Notes under the pieces: model-generated | What the model saw: the letters and a program-made list of their open reading frames with translations, nothing else | What the model was told of the DNA's origin: nothing | Databases searched by the model: none | Program-made: the position numbers and the translations under genes | Origin: Eledone cirrhosa | Lineage: Eukaryota | NCBI GenBank assembly: GCA_964016885.1 | Contig: OZ024740.1 | Coordinates: 295,120,001 to 295,184,000 of the forward strand | DNA length: 64,000 nucleotides | Direction: 5' to 3' | In this document: piece after piece, positions 53,386 to 64,000 of the stretch | How positions within the stretch are numbered: the first letter of the stretch is position 1 | How the letters are laid out: each line of letters opens with the position of its first letter

Positions 53386-55400
53386 TCATCATCGTCATCA
53401 TCATCACCGTTTTACGTCCGTTCTTCCACGCTAGCATGGGTTAGACGGGTTGTCCTGTTGTGGGCAGTGTCTGGTCGGCTGACCATGCCTTGCTCATACA
53501 GGAACTGATTTGGCTTGATTTCTACAGCTGGATGCCCTTCCTAACACCAACCTCATTTACAGTGAGTGCTGAGTGCTTTTTCGTGGCGCCTACACGTCCA
53601 CTTTACAGTGGGGGCTGGGTGCTCTTTTGCCGTGGCACCTCCACGACCACCTTGTCTATATGCTTCAGCTTGTACCCATGGGAGGTCGGGTACTCTGTAT
53701 TACTGCGTGACGCCAGAGGTCACGGTCGTGTGTCATCGCCTTTGAGAGGTGTAATTGGGTAAGGTCGGCTTTTATCACCTCATCCCAGGTCATCTTGGGT
53801 CTGTCTCCCCACTCTGCGGTTTCCATCGACTTCTAGTGCTCTGCACCTTTTTATGCAGCTGTCACCCTTCATACGCATCACATGTCCATACCAACGCAAC
53901 CGCCTCTCCTGCACACAGCATTTGATTCCTCTTATGCTCAGTCTCTCTCAATTCATTTATGCTTTGTCGTTCGCGTATATTACTATTACACATCCATCGG
54001 AGCATGCAGGCTTCGTTTCTCTCTAATCTACGTAAGTCTTCCACCTTCAGCGCCCAGGTCTCACTACAATGTAACATTGCTGTTCGGATACACGCATCAT
54101 ACAGTCTGCCTTTCATTTTGAGGGAGAAGCCTTTTGCAGCTAGCAGTGGCAGTAGTTCCCTGAACTTCTTCGATCCTGTTCTTACCCTAGTTATTGTACT
54201 TTCTGAACACCTCTGCTGCTAATTCGGTCACCTAGGTAGCAGAAGCTGTCTACTGTCTCTACAGAGCCCTCCCAGAGATTGGTGGTACTTGTTTCCTGTG
54301 GCTGTTTGCTGCTTGCTGTCCCAGCACAGCTGCTGCATGTGAAGCCTACATTCTTAATTAAGCTTCCTGAGATCCCGCTACATCTCTTGTGTACCCATTG
54401 TTTGCATTTGGGGCAGAGAATGGAGTTCCTACCTACACCTTTCCTACATACTGAGCAAGGCCATTTCCCTGAGGGGATCTGGGATCTGTTTTCTCGTCTA
54501 CTTACAAGGACCTTAGTCTTTGTCTTGTTGATTTGAGACCCTTTCTTACTAGTCTCTGCTTCCAAGTTTGGAATTTCTTCTCTAGTTCTACCATAGATTC
54601 AGCTATAAGTGCGAGGTCATCAGCATACAGGAGTTCCCATGGGCATCCGGTCTTAAACTCCTCCGTTATTGCCTGCAGGACTATATGATGAACAGGAGGG
54701 GGCTAAGAACAGAGCCCTGGTGGACCTCAACCTGTACGCTAAATTCCTCGCTATACTCATTGCTAATCCTAACTTTGCTGACTGCTCCCCTATACATGGC
54801 TTGTACAGCTTTCACAAGCCATTCATCTACTCCTAGTTTTCTAAGAGCCCACCATATTAGAGCACGTGGAACTCTGTCAAAGGCTTTCTCGAGATCGACG
54901 AATGCCAGGTAGAGTGGCTTACTTTTAGCTAGGTATTTTTCCTGTAACTGCCTCACAACGAAGAGGGCATCAGTGGTGCCACTTCCTGGTACAAACCCAA
55001 ATTGCATCTCATCTAGTTTCACCCAGTCCTTAATCAACTGTGCTATAACTCTTTCTGTTACTTTCATGACCTAGTCCATCAGCTTCATACCTCTATAGTT
55101 TCCTCTATCGAGTGCATCACCTTTACCTTTGTAGCAGTTAACAATGATGCTACTGCACCAATCTTTTGGTATGACACCTTCTAGTATTACCTGGTTAACA
55201 ATACGTGTGGTTATAGTGTGACCTACAGACCCAGATGCCTTCAGCATCTCGGCAACTATACCCGATGGACTGGTTGCCTTCCCCATCTTCATATCTTTGA
55301 TTGCCTTACTTACTACGCTGCTGCTGACTTGTACTGCTGGCCCCTCTATAGGGTCTACTTGGGGTAGGGTTTCTTCTTCCCATGCATTCTCCTAATTTAG
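53386..55400 (-). mobile_element. RTE-clade LINE, 5'-truncated, decayed, (GAT)n tail
   Basis: NYRG, QFGFVPG, FVDLEKAFDRV, VHQGSVLSP, LLYADDL, PHD-like CSVC..C..C..WVHKRC insert, FCYLGD. Confidence 0.88.
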
Positions 55401-55434
55401 TAATCTATCATAATGACTCTTCCATGCATCTTTC

Positions 55435-55525
<91 letters not shown>

Positions 55526-55577
55526 TGTGAATAATTACATTTATGTATCAGCTGTGTTAGGGCGAGAAATAAAATCC

Positions 55578-55658
<81 letters not shown>

Positions 55659-55689
55659 GTTCCTTTATATATATATACACACATATATA

Positions 55690-56568
55690 TACGAGGTGTA
55701 TCAGAAAAGTTCCAGGACTTCTGTCACAAAAGATTTATTTCAAACCCAAACTTCACACTAAGAGTTTTCTCCTTCAAAGTAATCCCCCTGGAATATGTAA
55801 CTGTAATCTTAGCTCTCTGCAGCGATCAAACTTTTTTCTTCATAATTTTATATACATGTCCTCTGTTTCAGGTCGTCAAGCAATGAGCACAGAGCAACGA
55901 ACAAACTTGAAAACTGTCAGAAGCACTGGGATTGCTGCAGCAAGTGTATGGAGATGAGACGATGTCACGCTCACGTGTTTTTGAGTGGTGAAAGAGGTTT
56001 AAAGAAGGACGCGAGGACGTGGAAGATGACCCCAGGAGCGGAAGGCCCTCAACAACCAGGACTGAGGTCAACGTTGAGAGCGTCAGGCAGATGGTGCGTA
56101 GCGATCGTCGGCTGACTGTTCGACTGATGGCAAATGAGCTGGGCATGAATCGGGACAGCGTCTGGAAGATTCTCACTGAAGATTTAGATATGCGGAAAGT
56201 CTGCGCGAAGATGGTGCCCAGAAGGGTCGACGCATGCAAGTGTGCCAGTACATCCTCGAGCGTCTTGAAACCGAACCAGACTTGCTAGGGACAGTCATCA
56301 CCGGTGATGAGTCATGGATCTTCGAGTACGACCCGGAAGGACCCGTTTTGAAGACGTTGGACGGCATCAAAAAGGCCGTGACGAAGGAACTGCGGAGGAT
56401 GCCGGAAGAATCCCTCCAGGAGTGCATGCAAGCGTGGCAGAAAAGGATGGAAAAGTGCATTAGACTCCAGAGGGATTACTTTGAAGGAGAACACTCTTAG
56501 TGTGAAGTTTAGGTTTGAAATAAATCTTTTGTGACATCAGTCCTGTAACTTTTCTGACGCACCTCGTA
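55690..56568 (+). mobile_element. Mariner transposon, internally deleted
   Basis: TA|TACGAGG...CCTCGTA|TA; EDDPRSGRP, KVCAKMVP, ITGDESWIFEYDPE, DYFEG. Confidence 0.9.
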
Positions 56569-57177
56569 TATACATATGTGTGCGTGTGTGTATTAGGGTT
56601 GAACCAATAAGTAAATTGGCCGATAATCAAATACCGATTGATCGTCTATTATTTATAAAGTAATTATGTGTTGTGGTTTTTAAAATGCGTAGTTTAATTA
56701 ATTGTAAGTAATATACTTAGAATATAAAGTATATAACTTAGAATATAAAGAACTGTAACTAAAAATATTGCAAGGCATTTCTCTGATGATCCAATGATTC
56801 TATCAATCCACCGCCATAACTATTGTGTTATTCATAATTAATCACGATTATAGAGATATTATTTGAGAGCACATGATGACATAATTAGGTTGATTTTTAC
56901 CGTAGGATTGTAAGATATTCGAGACTGCAAGAAATCGGCTATAGTCTGAAAAGAGAAACATTTTGAAGCTTTTGCATTATGTTCTGTTTGAGCTAGTTAA
57001 GATAACAGGAATCATTATCACTAGAAAATTATAAAATACTTATAAATAAACATGTAATAGGAATCTATAATTTTTTTTTATTGATGTCTTTATAAAACTC
57101 TCGTTATTTCTTATAGTTCTGATGCTCTCTTCAGCGTTGAATCGTTCCTTGTGGCCAATAAAGAAATCATTATTACT

Positions 57178-57360
57178 GGGTGGATTGGCAGTATCGGTAG
57201 AGGGTCGGACGCCATGCTTTCCAGCATAGTTACGTCCCTTTACGATCTGAGTTCAAATCCCGCCGAGGTTGACTTTGCCTTTCATCCTTACGGGGTCGAT
57301 AAAATAAAGTACCAGTAATGCACTGGGTAATTGCTGGCCTTGTGCCTAAAGTAGAAACAA
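57178..57360 (+). mobile_element. tRNA-derived SINE with ATTATTACT target duplication
   Basis: Essentially identical to 41821 copy; ATTATTACT on both sides. Confidence 0.9.
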
Positions 57361-57674
57361 TTATTACTTGAAAATTATAAAATACTTTTAAATAAACATG
57401 TAATAGGAATCTATAATTTTTTTTTTATTGATGTCTTTATAAAACTCTCGTTATTTCTTATAGTTCTGATGCTGTCTTCAGCATTGAATCGTTCCTAAAC
57501 TATGGCATACACTGATAGTTGGGACATCTGACAATAATATTTCTTGGCCATAAATACAGTACTATGCCTATTACCGTAAACACACTGCCGAGTATTCAGT
57601 TGGAAGTCCAATTGGTAAGCTATGGTTCTTTTGTCATTTATCCAACCCTAAATGCATTGATTTAAAATAGACGA

Positions 57675-57985
57675 AGTATGGTCGAATGGTCCAATAATTA
57701 GATCCCGAGTTCGATCCCACTGCGTGGCATGTTGGGCAAACGTATTTGTTCCATGCCTTGTGAGTGAAATTGGGAAAATGGAAACTGTTTGAAAGCTCGC
57801 CGGACGGATGGACTAAGCCCATACTGCAAAAGGCCAGCCTTGTCACACTCTCTGTCACGCTGAATCTTCCTGAGAATTACATCATGGGTGCACGTGTCTG
57901 CCACTTACGTGTTAATTTCATGAGGAAACTTCCATTGACCGAACAAACTGAACATTCATCATCGAGCCGACGGAGGTCCATTCCT
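57675..57985 (+). mobile_element. tRNA-derived SINE, third family
   Basis: B box GAGTTCGATCCC followed by CCTTGTGAGTGAAATTGG..GGAAACTG. Confidence 0.5.
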
Positions 57986-58728
57986 TTCTGTTCCATTCCA
58001 CATTGATTCAAAGCTGCTTCTAATCAGTTGCAACAGGTATCATGCGAGTGGTGTTCACGAGGATAATCTTCACCCTCTTCTCGTTCACAACTTCACTTCA
58101 ATCTTCTGCATATTATTAAAGACCTCTAAGCAATGATGAAATCGACGACATATTGAATAATCGATAACATTATATAAATATATTTCCAATGTTAAACATT
58201 TTCCCCTTTTTTCTTTCTTTCTCAATAATTCATTATAGTTCACAAATACGTTCTGAAATGTTTGATTAATTTAAATTATGTTTATTTCGAGACCACTTTT
58301 TTTCTAAATATTTGCAAAAACTAATTCCTGTTTGTAAGCAAACTAACATAGCTTCATTAAAATGATAATTTCTCTTTCCTCTTCACTTAATACTCCCCTC
58401 CAATTTTTAATATCAATATTTAGCAATTACTTTCGAGAATTCTGCAGATTATTTAGAATTCAAGACTTCCAACCGATTTTCTTGTCATAATATTAATAAA
58501 TTATTAAATTAATTTGAATCTCTATAGCAAACAGATTTTAAAGAAATAATCAATGGTGATAATACTAAAATAATCAAATTGGAAAGTATCTTATAATATT
58601 ACTTGAATACATAAGAAATATGTATCTCTCGCTTTCTACATTTTATAATACTCCCGTAAAACAGACTTGGACTTAGAATTCATTACTTGACAAATTATTC
58701 AGAAAAAATATTAAAATATTCAAATTTA

Positions 58729-58797
<69 letters not shown>

Positions 58798-58842
58798 CAT
58801 ATGTACATATACATGTGTGTGTGTATATGTCTCTCTCTCTCT

Positions 58843-58877
<35 letters not shown>

Positions 58878-59013
58878 AAAACTATATATATATAGCTCTG
58901 TACTATACATAGAGTACTCTCTTTGCTTTACCTTTTCCACGGAAATACTTAACGCATAAACAGCTCCCACCGGGAATGATTGAAGCAGGTTCTGCATCTT
59001 GTAAATGTGATTG

Positions 59014-59057
<44 letters not shown>

Positions 59058-59249
59058 GTATATATATATGTGTGTGTGTGTGTGTGGGTGTGTGTGGGTG
59101 TGTGTGTGTGTGTGTGTGTTAAGTATTTCCGTAGAAAAAGTAAAGGAATAAAAAGTGCTCTATGTATAGTACATGGCTATTTAATTACATAATAAACAAC
59201 AGAATATAACTATTCCATTACCGAAGGTTTCAAGAAACTAGACGATAAG

Positions 59250-59323
59250 TATTTTATCTGACGAACGGGCTGGACGTTTCTGTAAGAATCATCTAATTTC
59301 TTGAAACCTTCGGTAATGGAATA
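59250..59323 (+). ncRNA. Hammerhead with decayed long helix II (copy 61705-61778)
   Basis: TATTTTAT CTGACGA ... GAAACC ttc GGTA ATGGAATA. Confidence 0.55.
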
Positions 59324-59334
59324 ATTATAAGTGT

Positions 59335-59367
<33 letters not shown>

Positions 59368-59512
59368 GTTATTCCGGGTTGAGTCGGAGGTAACCACGGT
59401 AAGTAAGGTACTCAATACATTGCAGAGTATAAAAGTTTTAATATAGATGAGATTCTACAGGACTAGAACTGTTTCATTCTTTAGAAATCATCAGAAATCA
59501 TCAGAAATCATC

Positions 59513-59569
59513 ATGAGATTCCTGATGATTTCTAAAGAATGAAACAGTTCTAGTCCTGTAGAATCTCAT
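59513..59569 (+). ncRNA. Type I hammerhead (copy 61968-62024) within a ~145-bp palindrome
   Basis: ATGAGATTC CTGATGA t TTC taaa GAA t GAAA CAG ttctagtc CTG TA GAATCTCAT; 9-bp helix I. Confidence 0.85.
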
Positions 59570-60247
59570 CTATATTAAAACTAATATATATATATATGTT
59601 ATGAAATACTGTTAGCTTCTCGCTAAAACAATTTCTATACCTTTCATTTATATATATATATAGTTGTTATATAGTAAGGTGCATTATTGGTTGTGTAAAA
59701 TGGTCCAATAACTTTATGTTAGCAATGCTTTTGTATATCTCCAATTCCATTCAAGGGAACAGCTAGATGATGTAAAACGGAGTATAAGTATCTATATATA
59801 TATGATGATGACTGCAACTCGATTTCGTGTAATGCCATCGCTTGATACTTAAGCATGAACATGGTTTTTTAGTTCCCCAAGCGACTTGCCTATGGTCGGC
59901 AATACCGTGCATCGCAATAAATGTCACAAATTAAGCAATGCCTGTGCTTGAAGCTTTTTTAAGTGAGAAAAGGCTTTGCACGGAGCCAATCACACTCTCT
60001 GAAAATCGAATGCATTTGCCTAAAAAGAAGAACTGGTCTACATCATTGGACGCAAACGAAGTCGTAGGTTTTATATCAGAGTGACCTTCTCCTAAAGAGA
60101 TGTCTCTCGCTTCACAAAAATATATATACATGTGTGTGTATATATATATATATGTAGTAAAAAATTGAACGGGAACAAAACAGAGAGGCAGTACGATCAA
60201 AGGTTTATTAGTTTCACGCTCTTGAGAGTGGGGTGGTGGTGGGGAAT

Positions 60248-60275
60248 GACGTTTCGAGCATAAGCCCTTCTTCAG
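60248..60275 (-). ncRNA. Hammerhead core without evident helix I (copy 62703-62730) at the end of a CA-rich PLE-like relic
   Basis: CTGAAGA a GGGC ttat GCTC GAAA C GTC. Confidence 0.5.
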
Positions 60276-61789
60276 GTGAAAAGTGTGTGGGAAGAGAGTT
60301 CCAAGGGTGTGTAGGGGAGTGGTGGAGAGATATATAGAAAAAAAAAGGGGGGGGGGAGTGGAAACGGTACAAATGAAATTAAATATAAAAGCATAATAAA
60401 AATAAAAATAAACATGAAGTAAAACAGGTGGTGGAAGGGTGTGGGCGTGTAGGGGTGGTGGCTGGTGGAAGGGGGAGAGGGAGGCGGGGTGTCCGAGCGG
60501 GGAGGGCTGAAGGTGGTGTGTGTGTGTAAGTGTACGTGTGTGTGTGTGTGTATGTGAAAGTAAGAGTTGGGTGAAGAACGGGGTGCATGTTCAGGAAAAG
60601 GTGTGTGTGGGGTGGGGTGTAGCTCGGTGTGTGTGTGCGTGTGTGGATGGGGAGGGGTCAGAAGGGTGGGGGGAGAGGATTCCGGAGGCTGAGTGTGTAA
60701 ATATGTGGTGGTACGCACGTGAGTGTGGTGTTTATGCGTGTTGTGGATGTAGGTGGCGTGTGGGAAAAAAATGTTTTAGAGTGTATGTCAGTGGGTGAGT
60801 CCTTAAGGTAGTTCCGTAGAGGATGTGGTGGGATGCTGGGTAATATCCTTGGGATGTGGTTGATTCTAGGGATCGATGTCCAATATGTGTAATCCGTGGT
60901 TGGGTTGGTCGGAAGAGGGGAGGTGTGGGGGTGCGCGCGCAACAGGAAGTGGTCAGAGGGTCAAGGCAGGAGGAGGGTTGTGTGTCTGTGTGTGCGGGGA
61001 GGTGGTCAGAGATAAGGGCATAGCAGCAGTCGGGGAGAATGGTAAGTGAAGAAAGTCGGTGTGTCAGTGTGTGCGGAGGTGCGGTGGACAGGGGAGAGGA
61101 TGGGTAGGTGTGAAAGTTGGAGTGAGGAGGGTGTGTGTGTGTATTAGTAGAGGTGTTAGTGGGATGTGTGTGTGTGTGAGAAAGGGTGTGGGTGGAGCGG
61201 GGAGAGAAGGGTGTGGGGGCCGGTGGAGGGAGTGTAGTGTACTGGTGTGTATGTGCGTGTTTGGATGTGTGTGTGGTGAAGGGGGTGTTAGTGGGTGTTA
61301 GTATACTGGTGGTGGGGAAAGGGTTGAATGCGGGTGTGAGTGGGGTCAGTGGTGGTAGGGTGTGTAGAGTGGGTGGTGTAAGTGTGTGTGTGTGTTCGTG
61401 TGAGTAGGGTTGGGGGGTGTTAGTGATGTTAGTTGCGTGTAAAGTGGGTGGTGTAAGTGGGTGTGTGTGTTCGTGTGCGTGGGGTCGGGGGGTGTTAGTG
61501 ATGTTAGTTGCGGGGTGGTGGGGTGGATGTGTGTGTGTGTGGGTGTGTGTGGGTGTGTGTGTGTGTGTGTGTGTTAAGTATTTCCGTAGAAAAAGTAAAG
61601 GAATAAAAAGTGCTCTATGTATAGTACATGGCTATTTAATTACATAATAAACAACAGAATATAACTATTCCATTACCGAAGGTTTCAAGAAACTAGACGA
61701 TAAGTATTTTATCTGACGAACGGGCTGGACGTTTCTGTAAGAATCATCTAATTTCTTGAAACCTTCGGTAATGGAATAATTATAAGTGT

Positions 61790-61822
<33 letters not shown>

Positions 61823-64000
61823 GTTATTCCGGGTTGAGTCGGAGGTAACCACGGTAAGTAAGGTACTCAATACATTGCAGAGTATAAAAGTTTTAATATA
61901 GATGAGATTCTACAGGACTAGAACTGTTTCATTCTTTAGAAATCATCAGAAATCATCAGAAATCATCATGAGATTCCTGATGATTTCTAAAGAATGAAAC
62001 AGTTCTAGTCCTGTAGAATCTCATCTATATTAAAACTAATATATATATATATGTTATGAAATACTGTTAGCTTCTCGCTAAAACAATTTCTATACCTTTC
62101 ATTTATATATATATATAGTTGTTATATAGTAAGGTGCATTATTGGTTGTGTAAAATGGTCCAATAACTTTATGTTAGCAATGCTTTTGTATATCTCCAAT
62201 TCCATTCAAGGGAACAGCTAGATGATGTAAAACGGAGTATAAGTATCTATATATATATGATGATGACTGCAACTCGATTTCGTGTAATGCCATCGCTTGA
62301 TACTTAAGCATGAACATGGTTTTTTAGTTCCCCAAGCGACTTGCCTATGGTCGGCAATACCGTGCATCGCAATAAATGTCACAAATTAAGCAATGCCTGT
62401 GCTTGAAGCTTTTTTAAGTGAGAAAAGGCTTTGCACGGAGCCAATCACACTCTCTGAAAATCGAATGCATTTGCCTAAAAAGAAGAACTGGTCTACATCA
62501 TTGGACGCAAACGAAGTCGTAGGTTTTATATCAGAGTGACCTTCTCCTAAAGAGATGTCTCTCGCTTCACAAAAATATATATACATGTGTGTGTATATAT
62601 ATATATATGTAGTAAAAAATTGAACGGGAACAAAACAGAGAGGCAGTACGATCAAAGGTTTATTAGTTTCACGCTCTTGAGAGTGGGGTGGTGGTGGGGA
62701 ATGACGTTTCGAGCATAAGCCCTTCTTCAGGTGAAAAGTGTGTGGGAAGAGAGTTCCAAGGGTGTGTAGGGGAGTGGTGGAGAGATATATAGAAAAAAAA
62801 AGGGGGGGGGGAGTGGAAACGGTACAAATGAAATTAAATATAAAAGCATAATAAAAATAAAAATAAACATGAAGTAAAACAGGTGGTGGAAGGGTGTGGG
62901 CGTGTAGGGGTGGTGGCTGGTGGAAGGGGGAGAGGGAGGCGGGGTGTCCGAGCGGGGAGGGCTGAAGGTGGTGTGTGTGTGTAAGTGTACGTGTGTGTGT
63001 GTGTGTATGTGAAAGTAAGAGTTGGGTGAAGAACGGGGTGCATGTTCAGGAAAAGGTGTGTGTGGGGTGGGGTGTAGCTCGGTGTGTGTGTGCGTGTGTG
63101 GATGGGGAGGGGTCAGAGGGGTGGGGGGAGAGGATTCCGGAGGCTGAGTGTGTAAATATGTGGTGGTACGCACGTGAGTGTGGTGTTTATGCGTGTTGTG
63201 GATGTAGGTGGCGTGTGGGAAAAAAATGTTTTAGAGTGTATGTCAGTGGGTGAGTCCTTAAGGTAGTTCCGTAGAGGATGTGGTGGGATGCTGGGTAATA
63301 TCCTTGGGATGTGGTTGATTCTAGGGATCGATGTCCAATATGTGTAATCCGTGGTTGGGTTGGTCGGAAGAGGGGAGGTGTGGGGGTGCGCGCGCAACAG
63401 GAAGTGGTCAGAGGGTCAAGGCAGGAGGAGGGTTGTGTGTCTGTGTGTGCGGGGAGGTGGTCAGAGATAAGGGCATAGCAGCAGTCGGGGAGAATGGTAA
63501 GTGAAGAAAGTCGGTGTGTCAGTGTGTGCGGAGGTGCGGTGGACAGGGGAGAGGATGGGTAGGTGTGAAAGTTGGAGTGAGGAGGGTGTGTGTGTGTATT
63601 AGTAGAGGTGTTAGTGGGATGTGTGTGTGTGTGAGAAAGGGTGTGGGTGGAGCGGGGAGAGAAGGGTGTGGGGGCCGGTGGAGGGAGTGTAGTGTACTGG
63701 TGTGTATGTGCGTGTTTGGATGTGTGTGTGGTGAAGGGGGTGTTAGTGGGTGTTAGTATACTGGTGGTGGGGAAAGGGTTGAATGCGGGTGTGAGTGGGG
63801 TCAGTGGTGGTAGGGTGTGTAGAGTGGGTGGTGTAAGTGTGTGTGTGTGTTCGTGTGAGTAGGGTTGGGGGGTGTTAGTGATGTTAGTTGCGTGTAAAGT
63901 GGGTGGTGTAAGTGGGTGTGTGTGTTCGTGTGCGTGGGGTCGGGGGGTGTTAGTGATGTTAGTTGCGGGGTGGTGGGGTGGATGTGTGGGGGTGAGGGTT

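Larger units (their letters stand above)
59070..63988. repeat. 2455-bp near-perfect tandem duplication
   Basis: aagtatttccgtag at 59121 and 61576; ORF track repeats at offset 2455; junction in GT repeats. Confidence 0.95.

Noticed and set aside
60272-61647. Pro/His/Thr-rich or Gly/Val/Cys-rich ORFs
   Set aside because: Low-complexity GT-rich DNA; no recognisable domain beyond a possible faint PLE relic.

Overview
Repeat-saturated, AT-rich animal genomic DNA with no recognisable host gene; the SINE family and dense (TA)n/(CA)n tracts suggest an octopus-like genome (inference). It contains two Tx1/L1-clade LINEs, several decayed RTE LINEs, tRNA-derived SINEs, two non-autonomous Helitrons, mariner, hAT, piggyBac-like and Tigger-like remnants, a 2455-bp tandem duplication, and many Penelope-like element (PLE) derivatives, mostly fold-back structures next to (TA)n tracts. 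Main observations: (1) about 30 type I hammerhead ribozyme motifs from more than 15 sequence families, folded by eye, including recurrent non-canonical cores (U3-A8 covariation, U4A, U.U closing helix II); (2) a near-intact PLE (48.8-53.2 kb) with two overlapping ORFs joined by an in-phase U_UUU_UUA -1 slippery site, an arrangement echoed in a diverged PLE relic at 19 kb; (3) a 316-bp tandem ribozyme repeat resembling a retrozyme. No ribozyme activity, frameshifting or splicing is demonstrated. Coordinates were read by eye and may be off by a few bases.
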